NCBI RefSeq assembly: GCF_009914755.1
Contig: NC_060932.1
DNA: 64,000 bases
Source: the human T2T-CHM13v2.0 reference genome, Homo sapiens
Direction: 5' to 3' (one strand)
Under the pieces are notes generated by a model. That model was given only the letters and a program-made list of their open reading frames with translations. It made no database searches and had not been told where the DNA came from. Of the stretch, positions 1 to 13,870 are shown piece after piece (the first letter of the stretch is position 1; every line of letters starts with the position of its first letter). Made by a program: the position numbers and the translations under genes.

Positions 1-176
1 CAGAATCTATGTTATTAGCTTTCCAGCTTCCCAGGCCTTCTAACTACACCAGTGGCTTTCCTGGTTCTCCAGTTTGAAGATGGCAGATTGTGGAACTTCT
101 CGTTTTCCATAACCTCATGAACGAATCCTTCATATAAGCCAATATCTCATGAGTCAATACCAGACACACAGACGCA

Positions 177-221
<45 letters not shown>

Positions 222-260
222 TCTATTTGATTGTTTCTTTGGAGAATCCTCACTAATACA
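1..260 (+). mobile_element. MLT2 (ERVL) LTR, 3' part
   Basis: Matches MLT2 motifs (ggctttcctggttctccag...ggcagattgtggaacttctc) and ends ggagaatcctcactaataca; internal CA microsatellite is typical of MLT2. Confidence 0.8.
178..220. repeat. (CA)n microsatellite
   Basis: Pure CA run. Confidence 0.98.
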
Positions 261-486
261 AAGATGAATTGTTTTTATCATTCTGAGTAGAAATGCTTTT
301 TTTCAAATATGACTTATATTGCTGGCCACATTATCAATCAAATGTGATAATATAATAAATGTTGTCATGTATAATGTCACACTTACCATCCGTACAGCTT
401 CACAAAATTCTGAAATAATGTGTTCTTCCAAATATGTGTAACTAAACAAGGAGAGAAAGAGAAGAAGGGAGATCACACACACAGAA

Positions 487-576
487 AAATCCCTAGAATA
501 CTGACAAATCCCTAGAATACTGACAAATATAGAATACTGACAAATACTGTCCTGCTGTTCTTGAACAGCAGGACAG
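487..576. repeat. Short decaying tandem repeat followed by a perfect 14-bp inverted repeat
   Basis: aaatccctagaatactgac x2, then aaatatagaatactgac, then ctgtcctgctgttc-tt-gaacagcaggacag (547-576). Confidence 0.9.
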
Positions 577-1039
577 CAAGTTCTAGAGAGCAAAGCATTT
601 GAAACAGAGCAAGACATTAGAGGGCTTAAGAAAGGGGTATGAAATAAAATTATGTTTCTGCTTTAAAGCTTATAGGATATTAAATCACAATATCTTATAG
701 AATTGGAAATGAATTAGCAAAGATAACACAAAAATAAAATAAACAAAAGGAAAATATAAAGACTAACTCCAGTAAAAATAAAAGTTATTCAAGGAGGAGA
801 ATATAAGTATAGAACTGCTGGAATTTAATATCAGTATAATAACCAAAATACTGAATACGAATTTAACCAGAACCGAAGATGTAATTTTATGTGGAGGATG
901 GATGAAGAAAAATGTGTGTTTGAAAGTGAGATAAAAATTTTTATCTCCCATTAAAAAAAATCACTTAAATGTTTACAAGTAAAGAATAAGGATATGTAAG
1001 AATTCTTTTTGTTTTGTCAACATATAGAGATAAATTTCA

Positions 1040-1072
1040 ACACACACACACATACACACACACACACACACA
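1040..1072. repeat. (CA)n microsatellite
   Basis: CA run with one TA interruption. Confidence 0.95.
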
Positions 1073-2367
1073 AATAAATGCACACTTCTAAGTTATTTTC
1101 TTCTCTGAAAAGGAAAGTGTTGAGGAAGAGATGAGAGAGGAACTTTAGTCATTGTTATTGTTACTGACGTCGTATTGCCTTCTGCGTTTTAAGAGCTCAC
1201 ATTTCATAATGCGACAAAAATTTAAACTTAATGAAAATTAAAGAATGATTTAATGTTTTCAAAAATACTAAAATCAGTAACTTAAATACCTTTAATATTT
1301 AATCTGTCTGCTATCTGGAAATTACAGCAGTAAGTTTAACTTTTTTCATTAATTTGTGAGATACCCTCAACTCTCGATTTTTCATTAATTATCTTCAGCA
1401 AATTATTATCCCAGTTTGACATACCTTAGGTACTATCCTGCTTAAGGCCTCTTCTCTCCAATACTAGTTGGTAAATTCCCATGGAATGTAAATTGATTTT
1501 AATATTAATATTACAAAAAATATAATTAGGAAGTTGAACCTAGAGCACTATCATCAAACTTTTGCATAAAAACCCATAAATTTATGGGCGTCTTCTACAC
1601 CATAATGAAGATTTTTAAAAAGATGTATTTTTACTTATTTCATCTCTAATGGCATTATATTTAATGATTTATTGGGTTTTTAATGACATTATTAATATTA
1701 CATGATACTCATCTCTGGTAAAGTCCCCAAATAATTTGTATTAAAATGCTAAAAAATATTGCAGTGGAAGCAAAATTAAACACAATGAACAAATACAAGT
1801 CATAAAATATAATTTAAAATGCAATGAATTATTTACCTTTGAACACATCTGTAGGAAAATAATATACAGTCCCAAAATCTTTTTTTAAAAAGTCATGAAA
1901 TAACTGGTAAATATAAATAATGAGAAAAAAGTTTCTACCGTCAAATTCACAGAACACAGAAATTATTACAGTCATGCTATAATGTTGATGTGAGTACATT
2001 AGAAGCACTCACAACTATAACAAACCATATTTTATTCAACAAAAACATAAGTTACCAAGAAAATTACACGATGGATATTAAGTTGATCAATACATACTTG
2101 AAAAAATTATTTTCTTCCTTCTTCTTCCTTTCCTTTCTTTGACAAACAAAAGGATTAGTATTTAATAAGCATTCATCTTGATGTTTAGGAATACACAGAT
2201 GAATGGGCATGCTTCCTACACCCACCTGACTCACACCATATTTTAGGAACCACTCAAGAAAATAATTGTTTTATATAAAAATTGTATAGGTGCCACAAAA
2301 GAGGACCATAATCTCTGTGAGATTAGAAAACTTTGTCTTGTTTCTGGCTGTATCTAGTATCTAAAAC

Positions 2368-2555
2368 AGGCATTGCAAATATTTTCATAAAGTGTCAGAC
2401 AGTAAATATCTTAGGCTTGCTGGCCTAAGCCTGGCAAGCAACAGTCTCTGTGGCACAGAGTCTCTGGCCTTACAGTGTTGCTGGCAACTGTGAATGCATC
2501 AATACACAGAAACAAACTCACCCACTGTGTTGTGGCCAGTAGTTGATTGATCTTT
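2368..2555. mobile_element. MER58A-like hAT-Charlie MITE, degenerate
   Basis: caggcattgcaaatattttcataaagtgtcagacagtaaatatcttaggc resembles the MER58 terminus. Confidence 0.55.
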
Positions 2556-2706
2556 GATCTTGAAAAATGCCCAGCTCATTTTGGTGCTGGTGATAAGCAT
2601 GTGAGTGATACACATATTTATTCAGTGCCATACCATACTGGTACAACTTCTTACTATCTCTTATATGCACATATATGTGTGACATTGAATTACACATAAA
2701 GACAAC

Positions 2707-3052
2707 TGTCAAATAAAGACAAATTCAGACTTAGAGAAGAAGAGACTTTCTTCAAAAAGAATATTGCAATAGGCAGAATATTCTTATCTCATAAATCTGC
2801 AAGCATGTGAAAATAAAAAAAGAAAAAGGTTCATTTTGTAAGGAGAGATAAGCAATGCTTAGCAGAAACTTTTAAGGAGAAGTTGAGTAACCAAAAGGGA
2901 GCATAATCCTGGTTCGACAGAAAATTTGTCTTCTATCATTAGCAAGCACACAAGATAAGCTGACAAGAGGAGCAAGCTAAAGTTCAAGGGCCTGTGTGAA
3001 AGAGAGATGCCTGACTAATGTTTTGTCAAGATAAAGCAGAGGGTTGGTGACA
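2707..3052 (-). mobile_element. Probable old ERV1-class solo LTR (family uncertain)
   Basis: TG...CA bounded ~345 bp; cctgactaatgttttgtcaag resembles reverse-complemented ERV1 LTR motifs. Confidence 0.35.
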
Positions 3053-3142
3053 GACAGTAAGTATTATGTTAGCACTTCTGGATTCTGGAACTCCACACTC
3101 ATCTGAATTTCATATTACACTGTTAGCTACTCCCTCTCCATC

Positions 3143-3532
<390 letters not shown>

Positions 3533-4280
3533 TAGAGGCCAGGACACTTAAGTAAGAAGGTCTACCTTTCCTGTTTTAAAGTCATGGTTGCATCTACTTT
3601 CATAAGAACTTATTGTGTAATGTTTCTGTCAGTAACCTGGGAATAAAGAGTGGAGTTTCTCCTGCACTACAGATCATGTGTGAGCTGCTCTTTAATAAAT
3701 ATTTATTTGTGAATTTGACTTTGGTCAGGAACTTGTTTTTACAGTAATATACCACTTGGTTGCTGAAATTGTACAGGGAGGAATATATAACACATACCTG
3801 CCTGTAACCACAGGAGCTGAACACAATTTACCAGAAACAACTTATTTCATCACAGCTTTAGAATTTCCTAACTTTAAACATTTTATTCTTATATAAATGT
3901 ACAATTTAGTTCTAGAAAACTAAAAAAAAATAGTTTTAAAAGAAATTAAATTAATTCAAAGAAATAAATACACTTTTGCTTTCATCCATGATAAAACAAT
4001 AGGGGACTCAATTTACTCTTTGACATTAAACAAAACAGCTAGAATATTTTTTAAAGACAGTGTTCAGATATTGAAAAGTGGCCAGTGTCACAATATTAGT
4101 GAAAGGAGAAGGGAAATAAGGCAAGCCCTACAATTATGCTAGCTTTCTGCCTAGAGATAATTTCCAGATAGCAATGTGAATGGAAGAGGAATTTGAGATG
4201 ATCCAGATGTTTCCTTGAGTTTAGGAAACAGAGTTTAAGAGTTCTGGAAGGCCAAGGCAGAATGCATGGAGTAATTTAAT

Positions 4281-4350
4281 GAGGAAGAGACAGAGAGAGA
4301 GAGAGAGAGATTGAGAGAGAGAGGGAGAGAGAGAGAGAGAGGGGGAGAGA

Positions 4351-4384
<34 letters not shown>

Positions 4385-4398
4385 ACCAGAGAGAGAGA
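4281..4398. repeat. (GA)n-rich microsatellite
   Basis: Interrupted GA run. Confidence 0.95.
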
Positions 4399-4785
4399 AA
4401 ATGCAAGTGCATATACACTCTGGAGACAGATGATTCTACTGCAGTTTTCAATGCAGTACTAACTAACACGTGTATGAAAAACATTCTAACAGCAGTAAAA
4501 GCTTCTCCAGAAACGTGCGTAAAATCCCTAGGGACAGGAAAAGTTTGTAATTCCAAACAGCCAGAGTGGGAAAAACTTCATAATATATGAGAAACTGAGT
4601 AGTATACTCACAATGGTATTGCCTTCTTATCATTTTAGCCCTAAAGTCAGCTCTGGACCTCTCTAGCAATGATAAAAGACAGCCTCAAAAGAATCAAACT
4701 GTATTTAGTAATTCAATTACATTCCACAACAAACTCCATAATAAAAAATAATCCTTTAAAATATAGAGAAAACATGTATAATACT

Positions 4786-5178
4786 TGCCACCTGGTTTGA
4801 ATAGGTGCCCCCAAAAGCCTGTGTTGGAAACTTAGTTTACAATGCAACAGTGCTGGAAGCTGGAACCTAGTGAAAAGTGATTAGGCCCTGTGGGTGGAGT
4901 GAATGGATTTATGCCATTAGTGTAGGAGTAGGTTAATTATCTCAGAAGTGAGTTTTTTTTTTAATAAAATGGAGCACTCAGTCCCCTTTTCCTTTGTGTT
5001 CATGTGTTCACTTGCCCACATGATGCTTCCCACCATGTTGTGAACATGGCAAGAAGGCCCTTACCAGATACAGCTCTTTGACCTCAGACTTCCCAGCTTC
5101 CAGAGCTGTAAGTCAAATAAATTTCTGTTTACCATAAATTACCGGGCTCTGGTATTATGTTATAGCAGCATAAAACAC
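4786..5178 (+). mobile_element. MST (MSTC/MSTD-like) MaLR solo LTR
   Basis: ggtttgaat...ccccaaaag...tgttggaaactta...gacttcccagcttccagagctgtaag...aataaatttctg...gttatagcagca. Confidence 0.85.
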
Positions 5179-5199
5179 AATGCTATTTTATAAAGAAGA

Positions 5200-5900
5200 A
5201 AGAAAAAAAGAATTGGGGATGCAGGGCAGCAGGAAAACCAGAAATGAGACAAATGTTAGAAATAGTAGGCAAGTGTATTCTTACAATAAGTTTAATTTGT
5301 TCAAAAATAGAAAAACATGTACCTCATGAGAAATAGAGGATATATATGAGTCATATTGAATTAATATTGATCAAAAATATTGTCTGAGATGGAATATACC
5401 CACCAAATGAGATACTGCAGGATTAAAGTTAGGGAACATAAAGGCCTACAAACAGAAACAATTTGAAATGAAACACAAAGAAAAAAATACTAATCAAAAT
5501 AGACAATCGGTGAGTGGTCTGAAATATCAAGTGGTCAATATAAAATGGTCTAAAATAAGTATAATTGGAATCCCCTCCAAAATAACTAATGGCTAAGACT
5601 ATTTCAAAATTTAATGAAAACCATAAAGCCACAGATGAAAGAATTTTAATGAGCATCAAGAAGAAGACACTTGAAGAAGACTACAGAGATACAAATAATT
5701 AATTTTCTGAAAATCAGTGATGAAGAAAAAAATCTTTAAAGCAACCAGAGGAATAATACACATTATGTACAGAGATACAAAATTAAAATAACAGACAATT
5801 TATCATTAGAAACAATTCAAGGCAGAATGGTAGAACTATATTTTGAAAGTTCACAAAATGAAGTGTATTTGCATTATGTACCCACCAAAATTCATCCAAA
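5200..5900 (+). mobile_element. Old L1M fragment (ORF1 region)
   Basis: gaaaaaaatctttaaagcaaccagag...aacagacaatttatcattagaaacaat resembles the L1 ORF1 C-terminal half. Confidence 0.6.
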
Positions 5901-6158
5901 TATATTTAGCCAATTCATTTATTGGAATATGTATTTAAAATGTTTCCACTCTTCATAATTGAATCTTACTTATAAATGGAAGACGAGCATTAAACAAAAT
6001 AAATTTTTGAGTAAATAAAAATGTATTGTATGTAAAAGTGTTAAAGACAGAATGAGAAATATAAGTTTACATTTTATTCAATTTGAAAGAGCTGGATTTT
6101 TATTTTGTTTGTTGTTGTTGTTCAATATAATTATTTTTCCTCTTACTTTTCAGTCCTC

Positions 6159-6439
6159 TTTTTTTTTTTTTTTTTTTGAGACAGAGTCTTGCTCTGTCAC
6201 TCAGGCATTCTCAGCTCACTGCAACCTCCACCTCTCAGGTTCCAGCGATTCTCATGCCTCAGCCTCCGGAGTAGCTGGAACTATAAGTGTGAACCACTGG
6301 CTGGCTAATTTTGGTATTTTTAGTAGAGATGGGTTTTCACTATGTTGGCCAGGCTGGTCTCAATTCCTGGTCTCAAGTGATCTACCCACCTTGGCCTCCC
6401 AAAGTGCTGGGATTATAGGCATGAGCCACCGTGCCAGGC
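6159..6439 (-). mobile_element. AluS (Sx/Sz-like) with small internal deletion
   Basis: Reverse Alu; TSD tcagtcct on both sides; lacks the tggagtgcagtgg segment. Confidence 0.95.
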
Positions 6440-7974
6440 TCAGTCCTATATTTTTGATTGATTGTGGAAAATTTTAATGCTGTCACTGAAATGGATTAGT
6501 TTTCTTCTAAGCAAATCACTTAGCCACTTGATATTCTACTGTATTGAGAGATTTATATGACGACATGTTTCTTTGGGTAAACAAGTGACTGACATAAAGA
6601 AAGTTAAGTGGAATATTGGTGTTGAGGAAGACATTTAATTTCCTCTCTATGTGTAAACATTTTAGTGTTGGCTTGGTCTGCACAGTAAACATGAAGGATA
6701 AAATAAATATACTCTTCTTTTGATTTTCAGCCAAAAACGTCAAAAGAGTGACATTTCCCTTACATGTATTTGTCTACTTAGTTCTAAGGGCTATAGTTTA
6801 AATAAAAATTGTAATATAGGTGAAAAGTCAGTTCAAACATTTTGTACATTCAGAACAAACAGTAGTACAAGCACAGGTAAAATAATACAAGAGAAGGGAT
6901 TAAATATGGAACATATTGATTGTTATTATCTAAACATTCCCTAACTTGGTCTTTTAAAATTTACACATAAAGAATGTGTCATATAAGCAGTTTTAGACTC
7001 TCATAAGAAAAGATGATAATTTGGATGAACACTTGAATCTGATGAAATTAAAAACCTAAAACTCTCCATGTTATATTCATTCAATATTTCTATATAGTTT
7101 CTATAGACTTGGTTTTTATTAGGATCTTGAATATGAAATGACTGAATAAATATTTTTACTTCCTATTTTTTTCAAAGATTAAGAACTCTACTCTGATTTC
7201 TTATTCAAGTCAGTCAGATAGGTGAAATTGTGCTTTTTAAAAAATCTTGAAGTAGTTTATAATTGAAAGAAACCCTGATAATCACCAGTGTGATTTTTAG
7301 AAACTCTCATAGTTGGCCTAAAGGGCCAAAACACTTGACCTGATTCAAAAAGTGCCATATAAATATACCATTCATTTTCTAGCAGTCTCAATTTCTTGAA
7401 CATATTATTAATAGAATATTGAAATCCCCAAGTCTCTCAATGTTTCTCAATAGGGTAAAGCACCAATGTTTACAATAAAGAAACAACATACATAAAAAGA
7501 AAGGTAATATAGCATGAAGCTGTACACTTCAGGATATGCTTGAGTTCTCGCAGAAAACAAGAAAATGCTTTGAAAAGTCAATTCATGTTAAATGAATAAG
7601 GCCTGTCTTTTGTGTTCTCCCATTTGATGAGTGATTTTAAGTTGCCTGAGTTGGAAACTTATGTGATCTGTGTTTGCTTTCAATTTTTTATCCAATTAGT
7701 TATACACTCCTTCAATATTGCTTTTAAAATATCATTCAAATTTGCTTACTTCTCTCCATTCATAACCCCCGTCGAGAGCCCCATCACCTCCCACTAGAAT
7801 TTTTCAACAGTTTCTTTAGTTCATCTCCTTGTGTACAATATTGCCCACAACATCCAATTTAATGCACTGTAACCTTAACCAGGGTTTATCACACTTTTTG
7901 ACCTCATTAAGACTCCTATAGATGATTAAAATTTATTAAAAACCTTCCAACATATTTGGTCAGCTATATGTATT

Positions 7975-8920
7975 AATATTTATGATATTAGATGTTGAAA
8001 CTTAAAAAAGCATTTATTAACCGATTAAAAATAACAATAAACCCATTAGCTGTTGTTGGGGATTGGAAAACAATACCCCAAAATGAAGGCCTCAGAAGTA
8101 GCCTCAGAGGCAAAAGTTTTTCTCTTTTTCTTGCCCTCCTTTCTCTCAGTCCCACTCCTCACTGCTCCGTCCTCCCCGCCCCTGCCAGGCTAGCCATAGA
8201 AACTAGAATCCCTCCTCCCCATGGTGGGTCATAGAAACTAGAACCTCATTTCCTCAAAGCTAGTCATAAAATCTAAAAATATTACTCTATTTTTTTCTCT
8301 ACCTTTTTGTGTAAAAACTGGCCTAAAGGAATTATCTTACCTATCCTGTTTGACTATGGGTCACAAGGCTCCCATTCCAGAGAGGGTCCTATCCCACACC
8401 CAAAGGAAGGAATGCAAGCTCACATGGACACAAAGAATCTAGACAGACAGGGCTTGCTGGGTTTCCCTACTCAGTCTATTAGCATTAGATCATATTATTT
8501 TTGCCCAATCAGATTTCTATACAGCTGTCCACACTTTGTGGAACCTAATCATAAAAAGAAACTTTCTCCTGTTATCTTTGAGTCTTCATTCTGAAGACTC
8601 CCATATATACACATTATAGAAATTTGTTTGACTTTTCTCCTATTAATATGTCTCATGTCAGTAATTCTTGAACCTCCAGAGGGGTAAGGGTCTTGGCCCC
8701 TAGAATGTAAACATTATATATTTTTTAAAAACTTACTTTCCAATTCAAAAACAGCAAGGAGAATGGCAATAATTTTACATTTTTGACAGTCTCCTTAATG
8801 GTTAGCTTAATAGAAAATAGCTACATTCTCATATATAATTTTGCATTTATGCTGTTGCAATATAGTGCTTGGTTTAAAGTAAATGAAGTCCATTCATCCT
8901 TCCATAGATATGTACTTGGT
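7975..8920. mobile_element. Charlie1-like hAT DNA transposon fragment, split by MER39
   Basis: aaaaataacaataaacccatta...|...ttttacattttt...gcttaatagaaaatagct...ctgttgcaata...gatatgtacttgg matches Charlie1 on both sides of the LTR. Confidence 0.6.
8054..8704 (+). mobile_element. MER39 (ERV1) solo LTR
   Basis: Starts tgttgggg...gaaaacaataccccaaaatgaaggcctcagaag; gctagccatagaaactagaatccc; ends cttggcccctaga. Confidence 0.85.
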
Positions 8921-9267
8921 GTTTCAGTCAGTATTCTTCAGAGAAAGAGAATAAAAAAAAAATATTTTATATAAATATATTATATATACATATATACACA
9001 TGCACACACATATGTATGTGTATATATAGGTATATTATATATAGATATCAAAATATATGTAATATACCTATATTATATATAATCATATATTATACATAAT
9101 TTATATATAAAATAAATTTATATTTATAAAATATGTCTATAAATACCTATATATGTAGATATACAGGTATATACTTATGTGAACCTATTTTTATTTCATA
9201 TATTATATAAATTATATTATATTAATATAAATTTTATATATATATATATAAAGAGAGAGAGAGAGAG
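8920..9267 (-). mobile_element. MLT2 LTR 3' end with expanded (TA)n/(GA)n tract; continues at 16711
   Basis: tgtttcagtcagtattcttcagagaaa is the reverse MLT2 terminus; TA-rich tract 8968-9250. Confidence 0.65.
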
Positions 9268-9705
9268 AGAGAACCCCAAATATCTGAAACAGGTCTCAGT
9301 CAATTTAGGAAGTTTATAGTGTCAAAGTTAAAGGCACATGCCCATGACAGAAACTCAGGAAGTCCTTACAACATGTGCCCAAGGTGGTCTGAGCACAACT
9401 TGGTTTTATACATTTTAGGGAGACATGGGACATCAATCAATATATGTAAAGAAAAGATGGGACAACTCAAAGTGGGGACGGGGTCCCAGGTCCCAGGTCG
9501 TAGGTAAATAAGAGACAAATAGTTTTATTATTCGGAGTTTCTGATTAGCATTTCCAAGGGAGGCAATCAGAAATGCATTTATCTCAATGAGCAGAGGGAT
9601 GACTTTGAATAGAATGGGAGGCAGGTTTGTCCTAAGCAGTTCTCAGCTTGACTCTTTCCTTTACTTTAGTGATTTTGAGGCTCCAAGATTTATTTGCTTT
9701 TCACA
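9268..9705 (-). mobile_element. MER4A1 3' LTR
   Basis: Reverse of TGTGAAA...AAATAAATCTTGG...CTTAGG...ACCTGCCTCCCATTCTATTCAAAGTCATCCCTCTGCTCA; adjacent PPT. Confidence 0.85.
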
Positions 9706-12237
9706 TTTTCCCCCTTTTGCAGAATGCATTTTAGAAGAAAATAAGTCTGATATCAGGTTTTGTCTGATCTCTCATGGTTAGGATGGTTTATTCCTAGATG
9801 GGTAGGTCCCACATTATTAGGAAAGCTCATTTTTAACAGGTTGTGAACTCTCATGTCCTACGAAGAGAAAATGGGGGCAGGGAATGGAGAAAAACAACAA
9901 ACAAAAAAAATAATTCTGGAAAATTGATATAGACTATATTACTCTTAAGTCCATACATCCATAGGCAGGTAAGAAAGTAGCTTATGTGTGTAAATAGGTT
10001 GCTGTTATTTTCTTCTGAAGCTTAAGTTGTCTAGCTTCAGTTTGTAGGGCTTTAAGAAAGCACAACTTAGTTTTAAGTGATTTCAAATTAGAAAAAAAAT
10101 GGTGGAAAAAAGAAAAGAAAGAAGAAAAAAATTTGAAAACATTATTTTTGAGAACTGTAGCCAGGAAAAATTATAATTCAGTTCAAATTGGAAAAACTAA
10201 TAAGAATTGAAAATCATTAGGCAAGACTAGAATCTAACAACAGGTGTACTATAGAGTTTACAACATAATTTTTCTCTCTCCAGTTTTTCATTTTTATTAA
10301 ACATAAATTATGATAGGACCAATTTGCTTAATTATACCTGGCCAGGTTTTTTTTTTTTGTATAAAGTGCAGAAAGAATAATTATTTTTCACAGAGGCTTT
10401 TTAAATTGGCTTTGATGGAACTTTGTTCCATAGAAGGAATCTCAGGTAAGACTTTCTTAAAGCTGAACTCAGCCATGGATTTATACCATCAAATACCTAT
10501 GAATTGGGTAAATTCCTCTCCTCCCGAGGTCCCAAGATAACTTGGTGCTCCAGGGCTAATCAGAAAGTTACATTATTTACTAACTATAGGTCAGGAACCC
10601 TGTACAGGGAATGTGTAGACAAGGTATGAAGCCAGTTTTCCTAAGGGGTTTTTATTGGCTCTAGAAGTCAAGTTTGATTCTTTAAAGGAAATCACACCAT
10701 TCCAGTAAAAGTCTTGGTAAAATAACCAGTTTCTCCAGTGGTGTCCTGCTGCAAAAGAAAATATTTTCATTGCACTTTTGCAAATAACTCTATTGCCATA
10801 AGTTAAGAATATTCACTAATAGTTTCCAAATTCTGGAGAAATAAGGTAGAGAGAAAAAAATATGCTCCAAATTTTGTTCACAGGAGTATAATTTACTCAG
10901 TTGCTACAAGCTGTAAATAGGTCAAAAGAGAACTTTTTTTGATTCTGAAAAACAAAACAATGTTTCAAGCAAAAAAGTCAAAAGATTACTTAGTCCCCTG
11001 TTAGTTCAGTCCATGCAGTTAACTCCTGTTCTGCATGATATTCATGAACATTCCAGCTCTCCATGAGAGTCCTGAAAGTTTCTCCTCTATTCTAATGTCA
11101 CAACCTCCAAAGTTATCAGAACCCTGCATTTAAGAACACCTGTCAGAATTTTATAGCTAATTATAAAACCACCTTCTAAAGAAGAACAAAACAACACAAC
11201 AATTGTTTGTGGATGAGCAAAAAGTTTTAGGGCAGCTCTAGTTGAAGACATAATTGACAGGAAAATTTGTTTCCTCTGTGGCACAAAATAATTTAACATT
11301 GCAATTATAATTAATACTGATAATGTACACTAATTCATATCAGAATTATAGGAGTTTCATATAATTTTGGAATACATACCAATAAGATTTATACAAACAC
11401 ATCCCAAAGAAATCCAAACACCATTTCATATTTGACAATGATTGCTGTATGATTTATATAGCAAATAAGCCAAATATGTTATTTTTGGACTTTAGGGAAC
11501 CTAATAGCTTCAAGGATTAATTAAGTCAGAAAAAGACATAACTTATAATTTGATTTTGGAACGTTTGTCAAATATCAAAGGTTTCAAACACTTGATATCA
11601 CAAAATAGGTTAGAGGTCATCATAAAATAAGTCATTCATTTAATCAAGGTGATAACTCAAGGATTTCAACAACAAAAAGGCAACACCTTCATTCTTGGGA
11701 GAGGAGACTTAATTTTCCTAATAATAAGCCGTAATAAAAACAGCATAAAGCCAATTAAGTTTGTTTTCCAAAATTGTACAAATATTAATCTATAAAATTT
11801 TAATCACATGAACTATAAGGTGTAATTTCCATAAAACGTTTATAATTTTATTATAACCTTTATTAAGGAGTCAGTTAATGCTCCAAGAAAACCTTGCTAA
11901 TCTGACAGATGGGCCCATATGCTGGTCCTGCATCAGTGTGCCTTTCACATTAATGTCAAATAATTTATAGAGAAACTGACTTGTTTGATCTCTCAAAATC
12001 GGCCCTTACAATCTCAAGCACCTACCTCTTCCATGCTAGTCCCTGAGGAGTTGAGTTGCTTTAATTTCTGGCCCTGTGTATCATGAACACAGTTTCCTTT
12101 GATTGGTATCTTCGACGGGGTCTGAAGATAAGGCTTTAACTGCTCTCAGTGTAAGATTTATCAGGACTTTGTGTCCTTTAAGACCAGGATTCAAAGCCCT
12201 GTAACTTAATGACACAAAGACTGTAAAAGGGCATACA

Positions 12238-12534
<297 letters not shown>

Positions 12535-13629
12535 AAAAGCACATACAGAAAGTTACATGGATGTAAGAACCTTAATTAAAAAAATTGTTTTCATCTCAGT
12601 TTTTTCTAACCAAACCAAACTTTGTATTAATGATATAGAAATTATTTTGATAAAGTACAAGATCAGTTTATTAGGCCAGATTACCCAACACAAGAGAAGA
12701 TACCTTTTGCAGTGTGACTGCTGTTCCTTGTGGGGAATATTGTATTGCAAGGAAACACTTCTTTCAGACCTTTAAGAGAAAATTTTTGTTTTTCTAGCAT
12801 CAGGTCAGAACAGTTGGAACCCAAAGGGAAAACAAACTTACAGCAACTGAAAATGATTTACTATTCCAGGCCCTTTAAAAAGGGAGAGAAACCTGAAAAC
12901 AATGAGTTGCAATAACAGTTGAACTTTGAGTAAAAAAAAATATATATATAACGTCTGTAATTCATGAAGAGTAAAACAATACCTTAAGAAAATTTCACAG
13001 GTTCAAACCAATTATTTAGTATATAAGTGCTTTCTTTTTAAAGAAAATGCAATTTCTAGAAAGACCATTATAATTTCCCTTTAATTATAGCCATCTTGAT
13101 CATATAAAAATTTTTAAAATAAATCACCTTATTATGACTTTTGCAGACTATTTATGACATGCTTGAACTTTCTCATTTGTCCTGAACATCCCTCTTTGTT
13201 AAATAACCAGTCACCTTATTCTAGGACAAAATTCACCATACGAGATTCTTTCTCATATAAAATTATTTCACTTTAAGCTTTCTTGCCAAAAAATTACCTC
13301 CTTTATTTCTATAAATTTCTTTCTATCTCTCTTATTTCCTGGTTCCTTTTACCTTGTTTTATATATAATCTTTAAATAAGCTTTGAATTAAACAAAAATA
13401 ATTCACCTTTATTAAAAAACACTTGTTTTTTCTAGAATGAATGTTTTCCTACAATATATTTTTATTGGAAAATACCCAAATAATGAAATATCTATTACTT
13501 AATATAACTGTAGATTTTAAATTATGGCATGTTTGCCTACAAGTATTTATCCTATTGCAGTCACCTAATTATTTTATTTTAATTATTTACCTAGTTTATA
13601 AAACCTATGACAGTCATCATTTAAAGTTA

Positions 13630-13870
13630 TGAAACTGCGATTGCAAAATTATAACTGAGACAGTGAAACATATCTGACCTAACTGACTCCACCTTACTTC
13701 TAACCTCCAAGCTGTCTTTGTTTATTCCTGGGCATAGGTCAAACTAACTTTTCTGAGGAACTTAGTTTAAGTTTAGCTTTGAAACAAACAAGATAACAGT
13801 CCTTTCCCGAAACAAACCCTATTCCTGCCTGGGGACTAGATTGCCTAAAGCCACAAGATTAGAAGTTATG
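13630..13870 (+). mobile_element. LTR8-like 5' fragment embedded antisense in MER4-int
   Basis: tgaaactgcgattgcaaaattataactgagacagtgaaa...cttctaacctccaagctgtc...attcctgggcatagg...aactaacttt...ggaacttagttta. Confidence 0.65.

Noticed and set aside
487-548. CRISPR-like repeat array
   Set aside because: Units are contiguous with no unique spacers, there are no cas genes, and the context is primate DNA
2411-2470. Small hairpins (ctctgtg-g-cacagag and others)
   Set aside because: Short stems within a MER58-like MITE, which is inherently palindromic; not distinguishable from chance
4221-4556. Ser/Leu-repeat ORF (also the CV-repeat ORF at 44-253 and the YI-repeat ORF at 14545)
   Set aside because: Translations of microsatellites
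6052-6477. 141-aa ORF (and similar ORFs at 14993, 52949-53259, 54482, 59975, 60376-60700)
   Set aside because: Translations of Alu sequence
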